Counted from the stretch's first letter, positions 39,136-52,723 are shown. The stretch is 64,000 bases of DNA from Octopus vulgaris (GCA_951406725.2 OX597816.1:89094001-89158000); one strand, 5' to 3'. Made by a program: numbers and translations. Notes: generated from the letters alone by a model not told the origin.

Positions 39136-39829
39136 AGGCTGAGAGACACAAACACATACAAACACCCAGAAAGACGGACAGATACAGTCATATATATATA
39201 TATATAGTCTAAGCTAAGAGCATTAGAACCCTTTGTAAGAAAGTTAGCGCATGTGTACGGCAACAAAGACTAAAAACATACAAAAACGGAGAACATGGTA
39301 TGCAATTACGAATACAAACAACAAGAAATAACAACAGGCGTCTTCCGACTGAGAACGAAACAAATTGAGCTGGCGTGTATGAAGTGAAAGCCTGAAGGCA
39401 GGAACATAGGAGGTGGACGTAAAAGGTGTTGGAGGTCGGCAGTCAGACCAAGAATGAAAGATCATGGCTGGCCAGACACCGGTTACGTGGAGTGAAGAGA
39501 GATGGATGGGGGAGAGCGGGATTGAAGGATTAGAAAAAAATCAGAGACAAAGGGAAAGGTACAGGAGAGATAAATGAGTGGGGAATAGTGGGAGTTAAAG
39601 AAAGACAGGGCCAATAAATGTGAGAGAGGGGGAGCGAGAAAAAGGAAGAAAATGAGAGGGAGAATAAAAGATAGATTAAGAGTCGTAGAAAATTTAGATA
39701 ATACCTACTATAAAGTGAGTACAAGGGTGTACTTACGTCGCTATATATATATATATATATATAAATGGAACAGAAACACAATAAAGGGCATTAAAACGTT
39801 CGGACAGATAGACAATACAAAAGCGGACG

Positions 39830-39924
<95 letters not shown>

Positions 39925-39925
<1 letters not shown>

Positions 39926-40103
39926 TATGTATGTATGTATGTATGCATGTATGTAAGCACGTACATATGCATTTACGTATGTATGCACGTACGCATCTGT
40001 GTATTCATATGTGCTTCTGTGTATATTTATGCATATAAATGTACATATATGTTTTGTTTTATGTACGTATTATTATATTATTTATGTACGTATTATTATA
40101 TCT

Positions 40104-40151
<48 letters not shown>

Positions 40152-40258
40152 AGAACACGTACATAAAACAAAACATTTATATACATAAATATACACAGAA
40201 GCACATATAAATACACAGATGCGTACGTGCATACATACGTAAATGCATATGTACGTGC

Positions 40259-40289
<31 letters not shown>

Positions 40290-40290
40290 C
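39925..40290. repeat. Long inverted duplication centred on (TA)n
   Basis: 39947-40068 is reverse-complementary to 40157-40268, apart from a small indel and a few substitutions. The centre tcttg(TA)n caaga at 40101-40154 is palindromic. Confidence 0.9.
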
Positions 40291-40299
40291 ATACATACA

Positions 40300-40330
<31 letters not shown>

Positions 40331-41204
40331 CGTGCATACATATCGTGCATACATAACTATCTAACAGGAATGGGGATGCGCTGAATGTATAGGAGAAAAA
40401 ATAAATATGTATCAATGGTTGAATAACAGCAAAATACCAATCATAGTTCGATTACATCAAGCACCTGAATTCAAAAGAAAAGTCAATAATAATGTTGTCA
40501 CCGAAAATAAAAATGAGAAAGAATGAAAAAGCCAAATATCAAATAAAATAAGATAAACGAATAAATGAATGAATCAGTGTAAAAAAAAATAACAACAACC
40601 AGTGATTGCAACTGTAAAAATCCAATACATTTCTGACGCTATAGAAACTTCGTTAGTATTTAGTGACCTGGAACGAACGGTGTTTCTAGTTCGTTGAACT
40701 TATATTCAATAACTAAAAGCTGCAGCATCTAACTACTTGTAAATGGACTGCTATCACAGCTCAAAATCCCGTTCCCTTTTCATGTAGGGTTTGAGGCCCA
40801 ATAAAGAAAATAAAAGCAATAAAAAATATCAAGGTTCCGGTTAGAATACTGACATGCCTTTGTGAAATGAAATAAAAAGGAAATGTATGGAATATTTATT
40901 AGGGTTGAACAAATTTTTTATTGGATGGGTAGCATAACAAAAGGGAACAATAGCTCTACATTCTCGTAGCTGAATCAAATCTCAAAATTCTACAGAAACA
41001 TTTATAAAACATTAATGCAATAGAAAACACGTCTTTTTATTCGTGACACACAAACACGCGCTTGTAAAACTAGAAAACTACACGTTTTATATTGATATAT
41101 ACGAGTTGTTTCTATTTACGTATGGCGGCTGTGTGAGTTGGTGTATATATATTTCTGTAACGGAAGTATTTGAAGTTATCATATACATGTGTTCGTTTGC
41201 GTAT

Positions 41205-41213
41205 ATGTATATA

Positions 41214-41295
<82 letters not shown>

Positions 41296-41336
41296 TGTGT
41301 GTGTGTGTGTGTGTATACATATATGTATATATAAAT

Positions 41337-41378
<42 letters not shown>

Positions 41379-41614
41379 CATATGTATACACTCACGTACA
41401 CATACACACAAATATACACACACACAGACATACATATATATATATATACACAATTGATAACGTGCTTACGAACCTGCTTTTATGTGCCCAAATAAATTGC
41501 TATCTTAAGTGAAAAATGCATGCATAAAACTTTTCAGTGTACATCTATTGCAAGTCTATTCAAAAATGTTGCATATACAGGCGTGTGTGTTTGTGTGTGT
41601 GTGTGTGCATGTGT

Positions 41615-41646
<32 letters not shown>

Positions 41647-41720
41647 TTGTGTGTGTGTGTGAGTGTGTGTGTGTGTGTGTGTGCGCGCGCGCGCGTGCAC
41701 GCGTGTGTGTGTATGTGTGT
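41205..41720. repeat. (TA)n/(TG)n/(CG)n low-complexity region
   Basis: Directly visible. Confidence 0.9.
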
Positions 41721-42379
41721 AAGCTTTTGTGTATGCTCACGTTCATGTGACTGTCTCTGTTTGCTTATGCTTGTGTGTGTTTCTCAGCCTATTTCCTCCT
41801 TTGTGTATGTATGAATGTGTGTATTTTATTAGTGTATGTGCGCAGAAAATTACAAAAATCTTTGTAAGTTTTTTAATCTGAGACCAAAGAAATCAATAAC
41901 AGATGTACTTTTGTTGAAAGTTGAGAAACGCAGTTTTTAGAACTTTGTAAGTCACGCATGCTGCAGCCACATATTCGACACAGTTGCGCCGTTCCATTCC
42001 AGCAAATGTACAAATGATTCTCTACCCTTTGAAGCCAGGAAAATACAAAATTCTAAAGAACTAGACACACATGACAAACGAGATGTATATTTTAAGTTGT
42101 ACGTACGTACGTATATAAGTATGAATGTTCGTGGATGTATACATATGTGTACTATCTTAGAAAACAATTTCCCTTATGTCACATATGCAGCAATCGTGTA
42201 TGTATATACACACGCGCGCATATATATATATGTGTGTGTGTGTATACATGTACACACATATATACGCAGAGAGAGAGAGAGAGAGAGAGTGTGTGTGTGA
42301 AAGAGATCGGGTAAACTACTTGAATACGTATAAATTTTTTCTATAGGTTAGCCAATCTACCGCCCATAAATTTTGCAAA

Positions 42380-42960
42380 TCGTCTTTGACAAGATACATC
42401 GGTTCGATTGATGTTCGTTTTGAATATCTTTGAGAGAATATAGGGAGGTAGAACGATCTAACGTTGGCGATGAAGGGTAAATTTCCAAACGAGAATTAGT
42501 TACGTTGCGGATGGATTTTGGCAACAGCGTAAAGTATGAAGAGGAAGAGAGTCGGGTGATTGAGGCAGTCTTGAGTAAAGTGGGTATGGTAAAGCTTATT
42601 TGGAGACTAGATGCATTCAGAGTATCGTAAGGAAAGGAAGAAATAGAACAATATACGTCTATGAAATAAATTTTGTCGATTGCTCATGAGTTCAGTGTAC
42701 TTATGTAAATAATGCACAATATAGTTATATAATTTCAGATATACATCTAGTGCTTCGATGTAGATATTCCGTAAGCTGTGAGGGATGTGGTGTTTTATGA
42801 TCTCCAGTAAAGAAAAATAAATATGTAGTTTGAAATTGTAACAATATTGTATAGATGAAGTTACAGTAAGAGATCATCAGTTTGTGAGTGTCAGAATTTA
42901 TTAAAACTACAGGCTCCTGTTCTATGTCCGTGGGTAAGATAGTGAAATACAAGAGTACAC
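42380..42960 (-). mobile_element. Possible decayed CR1-like LINE 3' end
   Basis: FTLLPKSIRNVTN...LDR segment resembles the CR1/Jockey ORF2 C-terminus (FN.LP..IRN...FK..LD). Confidence 0.35.
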
Positions 42961-43649
42961 TACAGTGATATTTATTATAAGGATTGAAAAAATTGATGTG
43001 TCAAATTGACACTTTCATACCTGGATATTCAAACCGCATTCAGAATGGAGACACATACAAATACATTTAAGTATATGTGCAAATTTGTTTTAGGTAGGAT
43101 GTAGTAAGGTAACTAAAACAATAATAAAAAGTGAAATATCACTATTCATATTTTGAATTCTTCATTACGATCGTGTCAATAATTTTATACTCTTAAGACA
43201 ATTTAGCCGCCACATCAGAAAAAGTTACCGAAATACCAAACCTGAAATATCATCCAAATATTATCGGAAATAACAAAAAACTAAAGATAAAAATTTTAAA
43301 AAACGGAGGATAAAACAAACATAAAAATTCAAATAAACAATACAAGCAACAAAATATAAAATTATTATAATAAAGTTCGAAGAGCAATACAAGTAAAAAT
43401 TCAAGAACCTCAGTCAATAGATATATAGGTCAGGTTGACACGAAAACATCTATCTAGTTTGGACTTTTTGAATTATGAATAAAGTATTGAAAATATTAAT
43501 AACTAACTTAACGATTATTTAGGTCACAAACTAGGTACTATTCAAGGAAATATGGGAAGGTTTAGCACACACAATAACCTTCAGATATACAATTTGCGTA
43601 TACACACATATACGCATGCATACATACATATATATTTATGTTTAATAAA

Positions 43650-43950
43650 AAATATAACTTATTTACCTGAATGTTAACATCATCTCCTTCCAAATAGTCA
43701 CCTTGTACAGCGAGACACCAGTCTCAGCGTTGCTGCCACTTTTCGGAGTCATTTTTCGTAAGCGGGTCGAGGACCTTCTGCAATTCGCTCTGGATCTTGA
43801 CAACGGTGTTAATACGGTGATCTTTGAATTGCAGTTTCATCTTGGGGGGGGGGAGAAATGGAAGTCTGCGGGTGCCAAATCTGGCGAATAGGGCAGGTAC
43901 GTAAGTGACCTCATATTCTTTTTGGCAAGAGATTCACAAGCGAGGAGAGC
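43650..43950 (-). mobile_element. Mariner transposase C-terminal remnant
   Basis: Minus strand reads LPYSPDLAPADFHF..KMKLQFKDHRINTV...KWQQR*DWCLAVQGDYLEGD. Confidence 0.88.
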
Positions 43951-45504
43951 TTGGTGAAGAATCCAGTTCTTCGCGAGTGTGTGTGTGATAAATACACACT
44001 ACACAGATGCATAGACATAAATAATTGTTCACTCAACTGCACATTGAACCCAATATACACATCCATAACCACAAATATAGAAATGTTAATCAGCGGAAAC
44101 ATTTACCTGAACAATGCAACTGACAATTACATACACAATTAGATACGCAAATTATGATATATTCTTATAGTCCAGTACATAAAATACATGCAAACAAACA
44201 ACATATATGCATGTATTCATAACGGATATAACTATAAACAAATGATTCACTCAAGGCAAACTTAATACCCAGCAAAGCTATATTCATTAAATGGCAAAGA
44301 AGTGGATTGCTGAGATCATAATGAAATGAGGCACAGTACATTGAGTGGTGAATGATGTCATCATTGCCAATAAATAAGAAAGCAAGAATAGTAATGAGAT
44401 GGAAAATAAAACTCAGATAAAATATGTTATTGTTCTTAGTAGTGATAGAAAATTGTTCCACCATTAGTGCATAAGGACTACTAGAATTGAAAAGAATTAA
44501 GGGATTTTGTTCAGAGTAGAAGGTATATACAGTCATCTAACGAATGTCCAGAAGATCACTTATAAAGAATATTTATACTTGTCTTTACGAAAAAACTTTG
44601 GAAATGTATACTAGTTTTTGATCTCTCTATTATATTGGATCGTTTGTATCCATTATGTAGTTCATTCATGTCAATTATTTCATGATCCTTGCATTTAAAT
44701 TGGGAAAAAGGGAAGCATAAAGTAAACAGAGAGAAATCAGGCATTACATGTATTTTAGCATATATTCTCGTACCGTTTAATTGAGTATCGCTGAATCAAC
44801 TGTACATTTATCCAAGTAGATTTTAATGTTTCGTTTAGAATAATAATAATAAATTTATACTAAATTCATAACAAATAAGTTCATAGCAAATTGCTGATAA
44901 GCTTCGTTTATTTAATAAATAACAATAATCTGCTGTAAACAATTCAAGTGGTTTCAGGATTACATAAACGCAAACCTCTCCAACTACGCAAAATATGCAA
45001 TTCTCTAATTCGTCTTGAATCTAAGTCTTTTATCTTTTTTAGAGATATAGAAATCTAAGTTTGGGGTTACAACAGAGCGATTGTACATCGGTATATATGT
45101 TTTTTTGTTGATCATATTTAATACCTATTATTTTAAGCGTTTGCGCTGCTTTTATAGAATGATTTACAACGTACACATTTAATATGTAACGAACAACAAT
45201 CTCAATTATTACAACTAAATGTACAGCTATATTAACTATATAAAAGAATCTGGCTATTATTGTATAGTAGAATGCACCGTGGGATTCAATATTTTTTTAA
45301 AAACTAAATCGCTTAATTCCTTCATAGTATTATTAAGAATTGGCTTGCACAAACCATTCGTGCCTCCAAACCATTCGTGCCTGAGGAGTTATGTTTATCA
45401 ACAAGATTTATTAAGCTAGATATAAGTTATTTCATTTCGCTGCGCATAACATCCTTTCATACTACCCTTTTTACCAATTCCTAATTTTATGTTACATTGA
45501 GTAT

Positions 45505-45716
45505 ACTCTTTTACTTGTTTCAGTCATTTGATTGCGGCCATGCTGGAGCAGCGCCTTTAATCGAGCAACTCGACCCCGGGACTTATTCTTTTGTAAGCCC
45601 AGTACTTATTCTATCGGTCTCTTTTGCCGAACCGCTAAGTAACGGGGAGATAAACACACCAGCATCGGTTGTCAAGCAATGCTAGGGGGACAAACACAGA
45701 CACACAAACATACACA

Positions 45717-45761
<45 letters not shown>

Positions 45762-45921
45762 CGGGCTTCTTTCAGTTTCCATCTACCAAATCCACTCACA
45801 ATGCTTTGGTCGGCCCGAGGTTATAGTAGAAGACACTTGCCCAAGGTGCCACGCAGTGGGACTGAGCCCGGAACCATGAGGCTGGTAAACAAGCTACTTA
45901 CCACACAGCCACTCCTGCGCC
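45505..45921 (-). mobile_element. SINE family A, full-length
   Basis: Reverse complement of 52894-53292: tRNA-like head, ccttgggcaagtgtcttctact (CORE-like) segment, internal (TA)/(TG) repeat, and 3' tail ending gaaacaagtaaaagag. Confidence 0.93.
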
Positions 45922-46299
45922 TATCATTTTATAAGATTAGTTCTATAGTTCTACAATACGGACTGGTCGAGACAGACCTATCGGATATCTACTGAATATC
46001 TATGCTCCAGCAGAAAATTCCTTTTAAATATTACAATTGTCTTGAAATTGTTGTTTCCATCTGATTACAGAATCATTGTTTAAAGTAGATAATACCTTTC
46101 TTTTTATTCTTCTATTATCTTTGTGTTGAGTGCCATCACAGAAATTACAACTATTCGTATTTTCTATGTTAATATGCCTTTCAAGAGTCCGCTCATGTTT
46201 TCATTCATGGTTACATTATCAGAAGTTTTATTTTTCTTATTTTTAACACGTCTACAATCAAAGTTTATATTCTCCCTTTATATGGAGAATTACCAAACC

Positions 46300-47010
46300 A
46301 ACTCCTTAGAAAATACTTCTATGTTTACCTTGCGATAGTTTTCATCTTACTCAACTCGTATTTATCACCAATACCAGTAGGCTTTCTTTAATAAATTGAA
46401 GCAAAAATATTTCAATGAGATGCATACTTACTTAAAAACCGAACTTTGGAGTTATTAGATTTATTAGAAAAACTTGTATTGCCTTTTTATTTAGCTTAAT
46501 CCCTATGTCCTTTTCATACATTTATTTTTCTTATATTTCTCTTTTTAAATTTAAGAGCCTGTTTAATTTTTGTATCTTTAATATAGTTAATTTTCTCTTT
46601 ATAACCATTCTTGCTTAAAGCATCATAATAATATTGTGCCTTATCTTTACATTTTTGATAATTGGCCGAAAGAATCGATTTCCTAATAGATTCATTTTGC
46701 ACTAGGCTATGAATAATGGAACTAAGGTAATTAGATAGTTTATGCACATACTAGAGATTCTCATTTGGTTCGTAGAAAAATGAAAATTGTATAAAAATTG
46801 AGCGTTTTGTAAAGGAAGATAACTATTTTAGCATTTGCTTCAAAGGCAATTGTCAGTAAAAATTTATTAAAGGCGTTTCTTCAGTCTTTCTAAAACAGAG
46901 AAAGATGATCTGATTCCATCAAGAAAGCATCATCTCTTTACATCCTACCTCCTAAATTGGGAAAATATTTAAGTATTTCATACAAAAAGTATAGACCGAC
47001 AAATAATTTG
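46300..47010 (-). mobile_element. Penelope-like element RT/thumb remnant
   Basis: RDDAFL (YRDDGL-like, ~46921-46938) and ORF 46514-46747 HKLSNYLSSIIHSL...SILSAN...YYDALSKNGYKEKINY. Confidence 0.7.
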
Positions 47011-47514
47011 AAACCGAGTAGTGGCATTTCAGTCCTAAACAAAACAACAGAAGATTTATTGTTTATACTTATGGATACTTGCTTTCTTATTTCACCTCAT
47101 TTTATTTCACCTGATGCATAAAAGACATCATGGAGTCAATATTTTTCCGTCAGTGTGACACCAGTTATCTCAGATAAGAAAAAATTTGTCTCTAACCACG
47201 GTATCATCCTAATTGCGGACATCAGAAAAAAAAATGAAACCAAAACGGTTACATATATTTCAATACTGCAATTTCACAATATTAATCTGTTCAAAGCTGG
47301 CTGGAGATGAAATAGGCCGGAAATATTATTTACCGACGTGTCCTTCATTCATAGTTACTAAGTAAATCTTTAACCATTCGGCGAAATTGCCTCTCTATAT
47401 ACCTATTTATATATGTATCTATCAATCAGCCAATCAGTCTATCTATCCATCCATCCATCTATTTATCTATATATCCGTCTGTCCGTTCGTCTGTCTCTCT
47501 ATCTTTCTTTATGT

Positions 47515-47698
47515 TAGACCACAGGACTCAACACGTGTTTTTCATTCCCTCTCTATTTATTTTCTCTTATTCTTTTCTAACGAAGAGCATTGGCTCGAAA
47601 AGTAAAAGACTTATCTATATTTCCCGAGCATCAAATTAATATACTTGCTTGTTGTTCCTGCACTTGTCTCCGTTTTTGTTTTCCTGTAAATTTGAACT
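47515..47698 (+). mobile_element. Penelope-like element 3' terminus
   Basis: Starts with GLNTCFSF (GIY-YIG C-terminal P.GLN..F-like), then a pyrimidine-rich UTR with a hammerhead-like motif, ending in (TA)n. Confidence 0.55.
47572..47608 (+). ncRNA. Degenerate minimal hammerhead ribozyme-like motif
   Basis: ctttt CTAACGA a GAGC attg GCTC GAAA ag TA aaag. The core differs from CUGANGA at one position, stem II is perfect, and stem I is cttt/aaag. Confidence 0.5.
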
Positions 47699-47709
47699 AT
47701 ATATATATA

Positions 47710-47771
<62 letters not shown>

Positions 47772-47805
47772 TATGCATGTATGTATGTATATATGTATGT
47801 ATGGA

Positions 47806-47841
<36 letters not shown>

Positions 47842-47861
47842 TGTATGTATACATATATATA

Positions 47862-48505
47862 TAATGCGGTTTTTTAATTGCATGAACTAAAAGTCGGAGG
47901 GGGGCAGGATGAACTACCTGCATTACCTTGTGCTTATTCTTAATACAAGTTCAATTATAACAGTTATTTTTATAAAGCTATAATGGAAATGACAAAGGAG
48001 TATATTCAGCATATTTTGTTTTATGAGTTCAATAAAGGCAACAACGCAACGGAAAGTGCGAGGAATGTTAATGCAGCATATGGATGTCAGACAATAAGCG
48101 TAAGCCAGTATCTGTAGAGCTCGACGAGGACTTTCTGCAAACCCTGGTAGAACAAAATCTCATCGTAACTGTTGAGGAACTAGCAGAGAAACTTGGATAT
48201 ATTCATTCAACCAGTCATTCAAGTCAGTGCTGGAAGAAAAACGACCATCTTTGTTTTCAAGATGAAAGGTGTTTTTCCATCATGATAATGCCCTGCCTCA
48301 TACAGCGCGGATGATATTCCAAAGGCTGGAGCAGTTTGAATGCGAAACGATGCCCCACCCACCATATTCACCGGGCATTGCCCCATCTGATTATCATTTA
48401 TTCTTAAAAAATCATTTAGATGGAAAAAATATGAATTCTCTAGACGATGTCATAACTGTACTGGAGGAGGTATTTTTCGTCACGGACAAGCGAATTTTGC
48501 AAGAG
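47862..48505 (+). mobile_element. Internally deleted mariner element
   Basis: MEMTKEYIQHILFYEFNKGNNATESARNVNAAYG (from 47982), DEDFLQTLVEQN...EELAEKLG, and FHHDNALPHTA...PHPPYSPGIAPSDYHLF. Confidence 0.92.
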
Positions 48506-48559
48506 TAAAAGAAGTATAAAAAATTGCCTTATTCATGGAATGACCCAATATATATAAAC

Positions 48560-49800
48560 AATAATTATAAAAATATAGAACATGGAGACATATTCCTCTT
48601 CAAATTTTATTTCCTCTTATTTTACTATTTCATACAGCATATTTTTGTGGTCTTTATGACCTACACTCGTTTCCATTGTACAGGTTACGGGCAGCTGCAG
48701 ATGCAACATGACATGATATTCGGTGCAGCTTCTTCAGCGTCTATCCATTTGACTAGTTTTGAAGGGAACTGAATGCAGTTTGGTTTTGTTAGTTAGAAGT
48801 CGTGGGAGGTGGTGTTTTTCCAGCTGAAATCTGATTCAGTTTTGGGTTTGTGTTGTTGACCTCAAATTCCCATCATTTGCTGTCCGAAGTCAGTGTTCTG
48901 TCTAATTAGAGCATGGTTGATGTTTGTAATTTCGCAGGGCCCTTGTTTATTGTGGTCGTTGGATACGTTGTAGCTTTGATTTCATGTGCAGCGCTTGAAG
49001 TGTATGGTGATTAGTTGTTCATATATTCCGTTTCTTGGATGTGCAGTTTATGTTTTGTGGTATACATTGGATAGAGTATATGCTAGGTTTGTTAAAGAGG
49101 GCCATGTATTTTGTGGGTTTAGGATAGAATATGTTCTATCCCTTCTTTTATACTCACTCTGGGTGGGGCATTGGTTACACAATACTTTCTTTAAAGTTTT
49201 TAAAAATCTTCTGCATGTGTAAGCATCTTAAAGCCTATTCAAGTTTGGTATTAAATAACGTGTTTCTCTATGTAAATTTTTGGTATAATTCTTCTACACA
49301 AAGTCGCATCTACTCCCCCTGCCCCATATGGTTTAGCTGTACTGGTTATTTTCCACTCTATAATATAGCAATGGTTCTTGTCTTTAATTCACCTCATTAG
49401 TTTGCTTAGTCTAGTATTACTCATCGTTTTACTATCCCTAAAAGAATTTAGGTGATTACCCAGGCTTCTCTTGCAATTAAGAGAGATTACCCATATATAG
49501 AAACACGTCATCCCCTTAGAAATGATTCTTTTATCTATAGATCTGTTTTTTCGTCAAATAGTTTGTGTTTAATGGGCATGTTGCCTCCATGGCACGGTTG
49601 CAGAGACCTAATTCTTTGTTTCTATTATTTATTGTGTTGTGACCTCCATTAGAAGCCTCTGCTGTCCTCGTTTCTATTGGTCTAGTATTATTTCTAAGCT
49701 ACCTATGCATAGGTGTTTGTGTGCTAGTATTTCTAATGGTTTATACTCCCTGTCCTTTGGAGGTTATGTTATATGTTAGAGTTGTTTCCTCTTGTTTAAG
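48560..49800 (-). mobile_element. Penelope-like element: GIY-YIG endonuclease remnant plus 3' terminal region
   Basis: Minus strand 49190-49610 reads CNRAMEATCPLNTNYL..QIYR...YMG...KRSLGNHLNSF...EWKITSTAKPYG...RLCVEE...LFNTKLE...CLH, following the CNC..CPL..CL...IY...YIG..NH..SF..W.I..C.LC..E pattern. Confidence 0.78.
48658..48741 (-). ncRNA. Hammerhead ribozyme-like motif with extended domain II
   Basis: gacg CTGAAGA agctgca...tgcagct...atg GAAA c gagt g TA ggtc. Both core strands are intact, stem III has 1 bp, and stem I is gac/gtc. Confidence 0.4.
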
Positions 49801-50394
49801 AACTGCTGGTTCTTAAATTATTACGCCCCATCTCATTCTAGTCTGTGTTATTTTCGTTTTAGTGTCCTGGTCCCTTCTGTTGTTAGATATCTCTACTCTT
49901 TTACCCGGATTCGGGTTATCAATATTTCCATTGATAAGTTCATTATTTTTGCTTAGTGTACTATTTTCACCGGTCCTACGGAAGTGGGATACTGGGAATT
50001 TACAGAGTGACTGACAACTAATAGTAATCATAGATGTTAAATACTGATCAATGCAGTTGGCCGCAACATGGAACACATCTGACAGCCAACACAGTATCAA
50101 CTCGGATGATATATATCCCTCCAAACTCATATATATATATAATGTTTATCGCCACATTACTTCTCACTATAGTAACTACTTTCATCTCTTACAGGAGATT
50201 TTCTGACTAGCTACATATGTGTGTGTATGTGTGTGTGCGCGTGTGATTGTTTGCGCACCCGTGCGTATGTGCGTACATGTGTGCATGTATGTAAATGTGT
50301 ATGTGTATGTATAAGTGTATGTGTGTATATGTGTCTTTGTGTATGTGTTTGCATGTGAGTGTTTATGTGTGCATGTATGTATTTGTAGCTGCAC

Positions 50395-50429
<35 letters not shown>

Positions 50430-50924
50430 CGTATGTATCAAACATATACCTAAAGGAATGTAAGTGCTTAAATGCGTATATCGAGGCATAGTCAAGGTAT
50501 ATTCACGAAAGGTTACAGTTACGGTGCATATTCCGCCATGGCCTCTAGTTGAAACAAACATTGACAATGAAACTGACAAGTTGACAGAAACTGCAGAGAA
50601 TCCTCTCTGCTAAACTACACACGTATAGCAAACGGCCAGTTTTGTCAAAAACTGACTTCTGGCGAAGGATTTCGTTTCGTGTTTGTGTCATACTCAATCA
50701 ATCATACTCTTAGACAACTAGTAAGTAGTTCAATTGTGTGATCATCTGGAATACTCTTCATTAAAATCAATGGAAAGTCTATTAAATTTTTCATTCATAC
50801 ATAATATTTTTATTACGATTATATAATGGCGTTTAATTCATTGAAATTGCTACATATACGTGTAAAGATAAATGGATAGACGGATGAATAGATAGATGGA
50901 TAGAGGAAAAGATGTACGTAAGTA

Positions 50925-51157
50925 AAAATAAAAATAAATGCGCCCTTTTTTAGAGCCCAGCCAGGCTCATGGGCCCGGTTACTCGGTTTCTATGGCGTAT
51001 GTGTTCCCCAGCTGGACGGGACACCAGTCCATCGTGGCGGTACTCATTTTTGCCAGCAACGTGAAATGAAGTGTTTTGCTCAAGAGCGCAACACGTCGCC
51101 AGTCCAGGAATCGAAACCACATTCTTACACCCTAACCACTAAGCCACGCGCCTCCAC
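50925..51157 (-). mobile_element. SINE family C (tRNA-derived)
   Basis: Minus strand: GGAGGCGCGTGGCTTAGTGGTTAGG (box A), GGTTTCGATTCC (box B), ttgagcaaaacacttcatttcac (CORE-like), gatggactggtgtcccgtccag, and (ATTT) tail. gtaagtaa occurs on both flanks. Confidence 0.85.
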
Positions 51158-52723
51158 GTGTGTAAGTAAGTTTATGTACATATGTATGTCTGTTGCTGTC
51201 CTGTTGTGTTTATTTTCCTCATCGCATGCATAAAAATCAATATGGTGTGTCTGTTGATGTATTTTATATACTTTAATGAAACTTTGTATCAACATCCTAA
51301 TTGACAGTTTTGAAAGTTGCTGATATTTAATTAATGAGTTTTAAGAAGACCTACCCCGTGAGATTTATGTAATTATAAACTTTGACATTGAGTTTAAGGA
51401 AAAATTTAGTATGAAATTTACAAATGAAGCACGATTTAAGAAAAGCTAATATTGAAGGAAAGTTTGTGTAAGGAAATTTTAGTTTAATGAAATAACAATT
51501 ATGAAATGAAGCAATTATTTAATTAGTTTACGGGAATATAACATTAAACATTAATGAAGTAAAGCAGAACACTTAACTATATATTCAGGAAAGGAAATTT
51601 CAAATTCTCGCCACTAAGATTTTTAAATAGTATTGCGTTATTTTCCGTAAGATATTCCTTAAGACGATAAATATGAGTTTGCTTTGTTATATTTTATGCT
51701 TTTTATTATTACTTCTTCAGAAGCTATTTCAAGTCTATTAATCCTCTTTAAAGGTCTTTTATAGTAAGATGTGTCAGGACTAAAAAAAACAACTCTTCTA
51801 AGATGATGTGGACGTATTCTGACCTTTATTTGAATTCTTACTAAAATTTCCTTGTCTATCTACGGTCTATATACAACTAAGAAAACTTATCTTTCACTTA
51901 AATTCCTTGATAATAAATATATTACCAATAAGCTGTATCGATGATATATAAAAAGAGCAAAATGCGTGTGTACAAATTATGGATAAAATATATAATACTT
52001 AACAATGTATAATATATAATGCTTAACATTAATTATATTATAAGTCTGTGTTTGTGAATTATGTAACTTTATATTAGAACATTCAGTTTTTGATAATGAA
52101 GATTACAGTGGGAAAAATCCTTTCTTCAGATGCCAAAATCATAATACAAATCAACCGGATTCGAACTTTCATTCCAATTTTACTATAAACAATGAATTAT
52201 TCTTTTTATCCCCAACTTCAAAGGAGAAGGTATTTGAAGTCAGTATGAGATATATAACTGTTATTCCGTATGAATAATACAAGAAAACCTATACCCGCTG
52301 TGTTGTGCTGTGCTGTGCTGCCGTGCTAATAAGCTAATGCACTATGGAATATCACTGACCGGTGAAACATTGTCTTTTTTTATATTCTGCTAGTATATAT
52401 TACCAGTAAATTACGACATAACGAAATACAATGAAATACAAGAAGGCTGCCAAAATTAGTAAAATTCTTATTCTTGCTGAGTTTTACTTTCAGTTTCTCA
52501 TAAAGAGTAAGGAGTTGAATTTTAGTTACATTGTAAGTGAACAATGATCAACCCATCACAACACAATCAAGACCTAGTTGGTGTGTGAACCTGTCTTTTC
52601 AAGTGAAGTGTTAATATTCAAGGGGTTCTAGCATCTGATATGATGGTCTGATAGGAAGATATTTAAGGTCAGTTGATTCTAACTGTTATATTTCGTGCAA
52701 ATTTATAGTTATTCTTTTAGTCA

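Noticed and set aside
44180-44760. Possible very old CR1 remnant on the minus strand
   Set aside because: Motif traces too weak to distinguish from chance.
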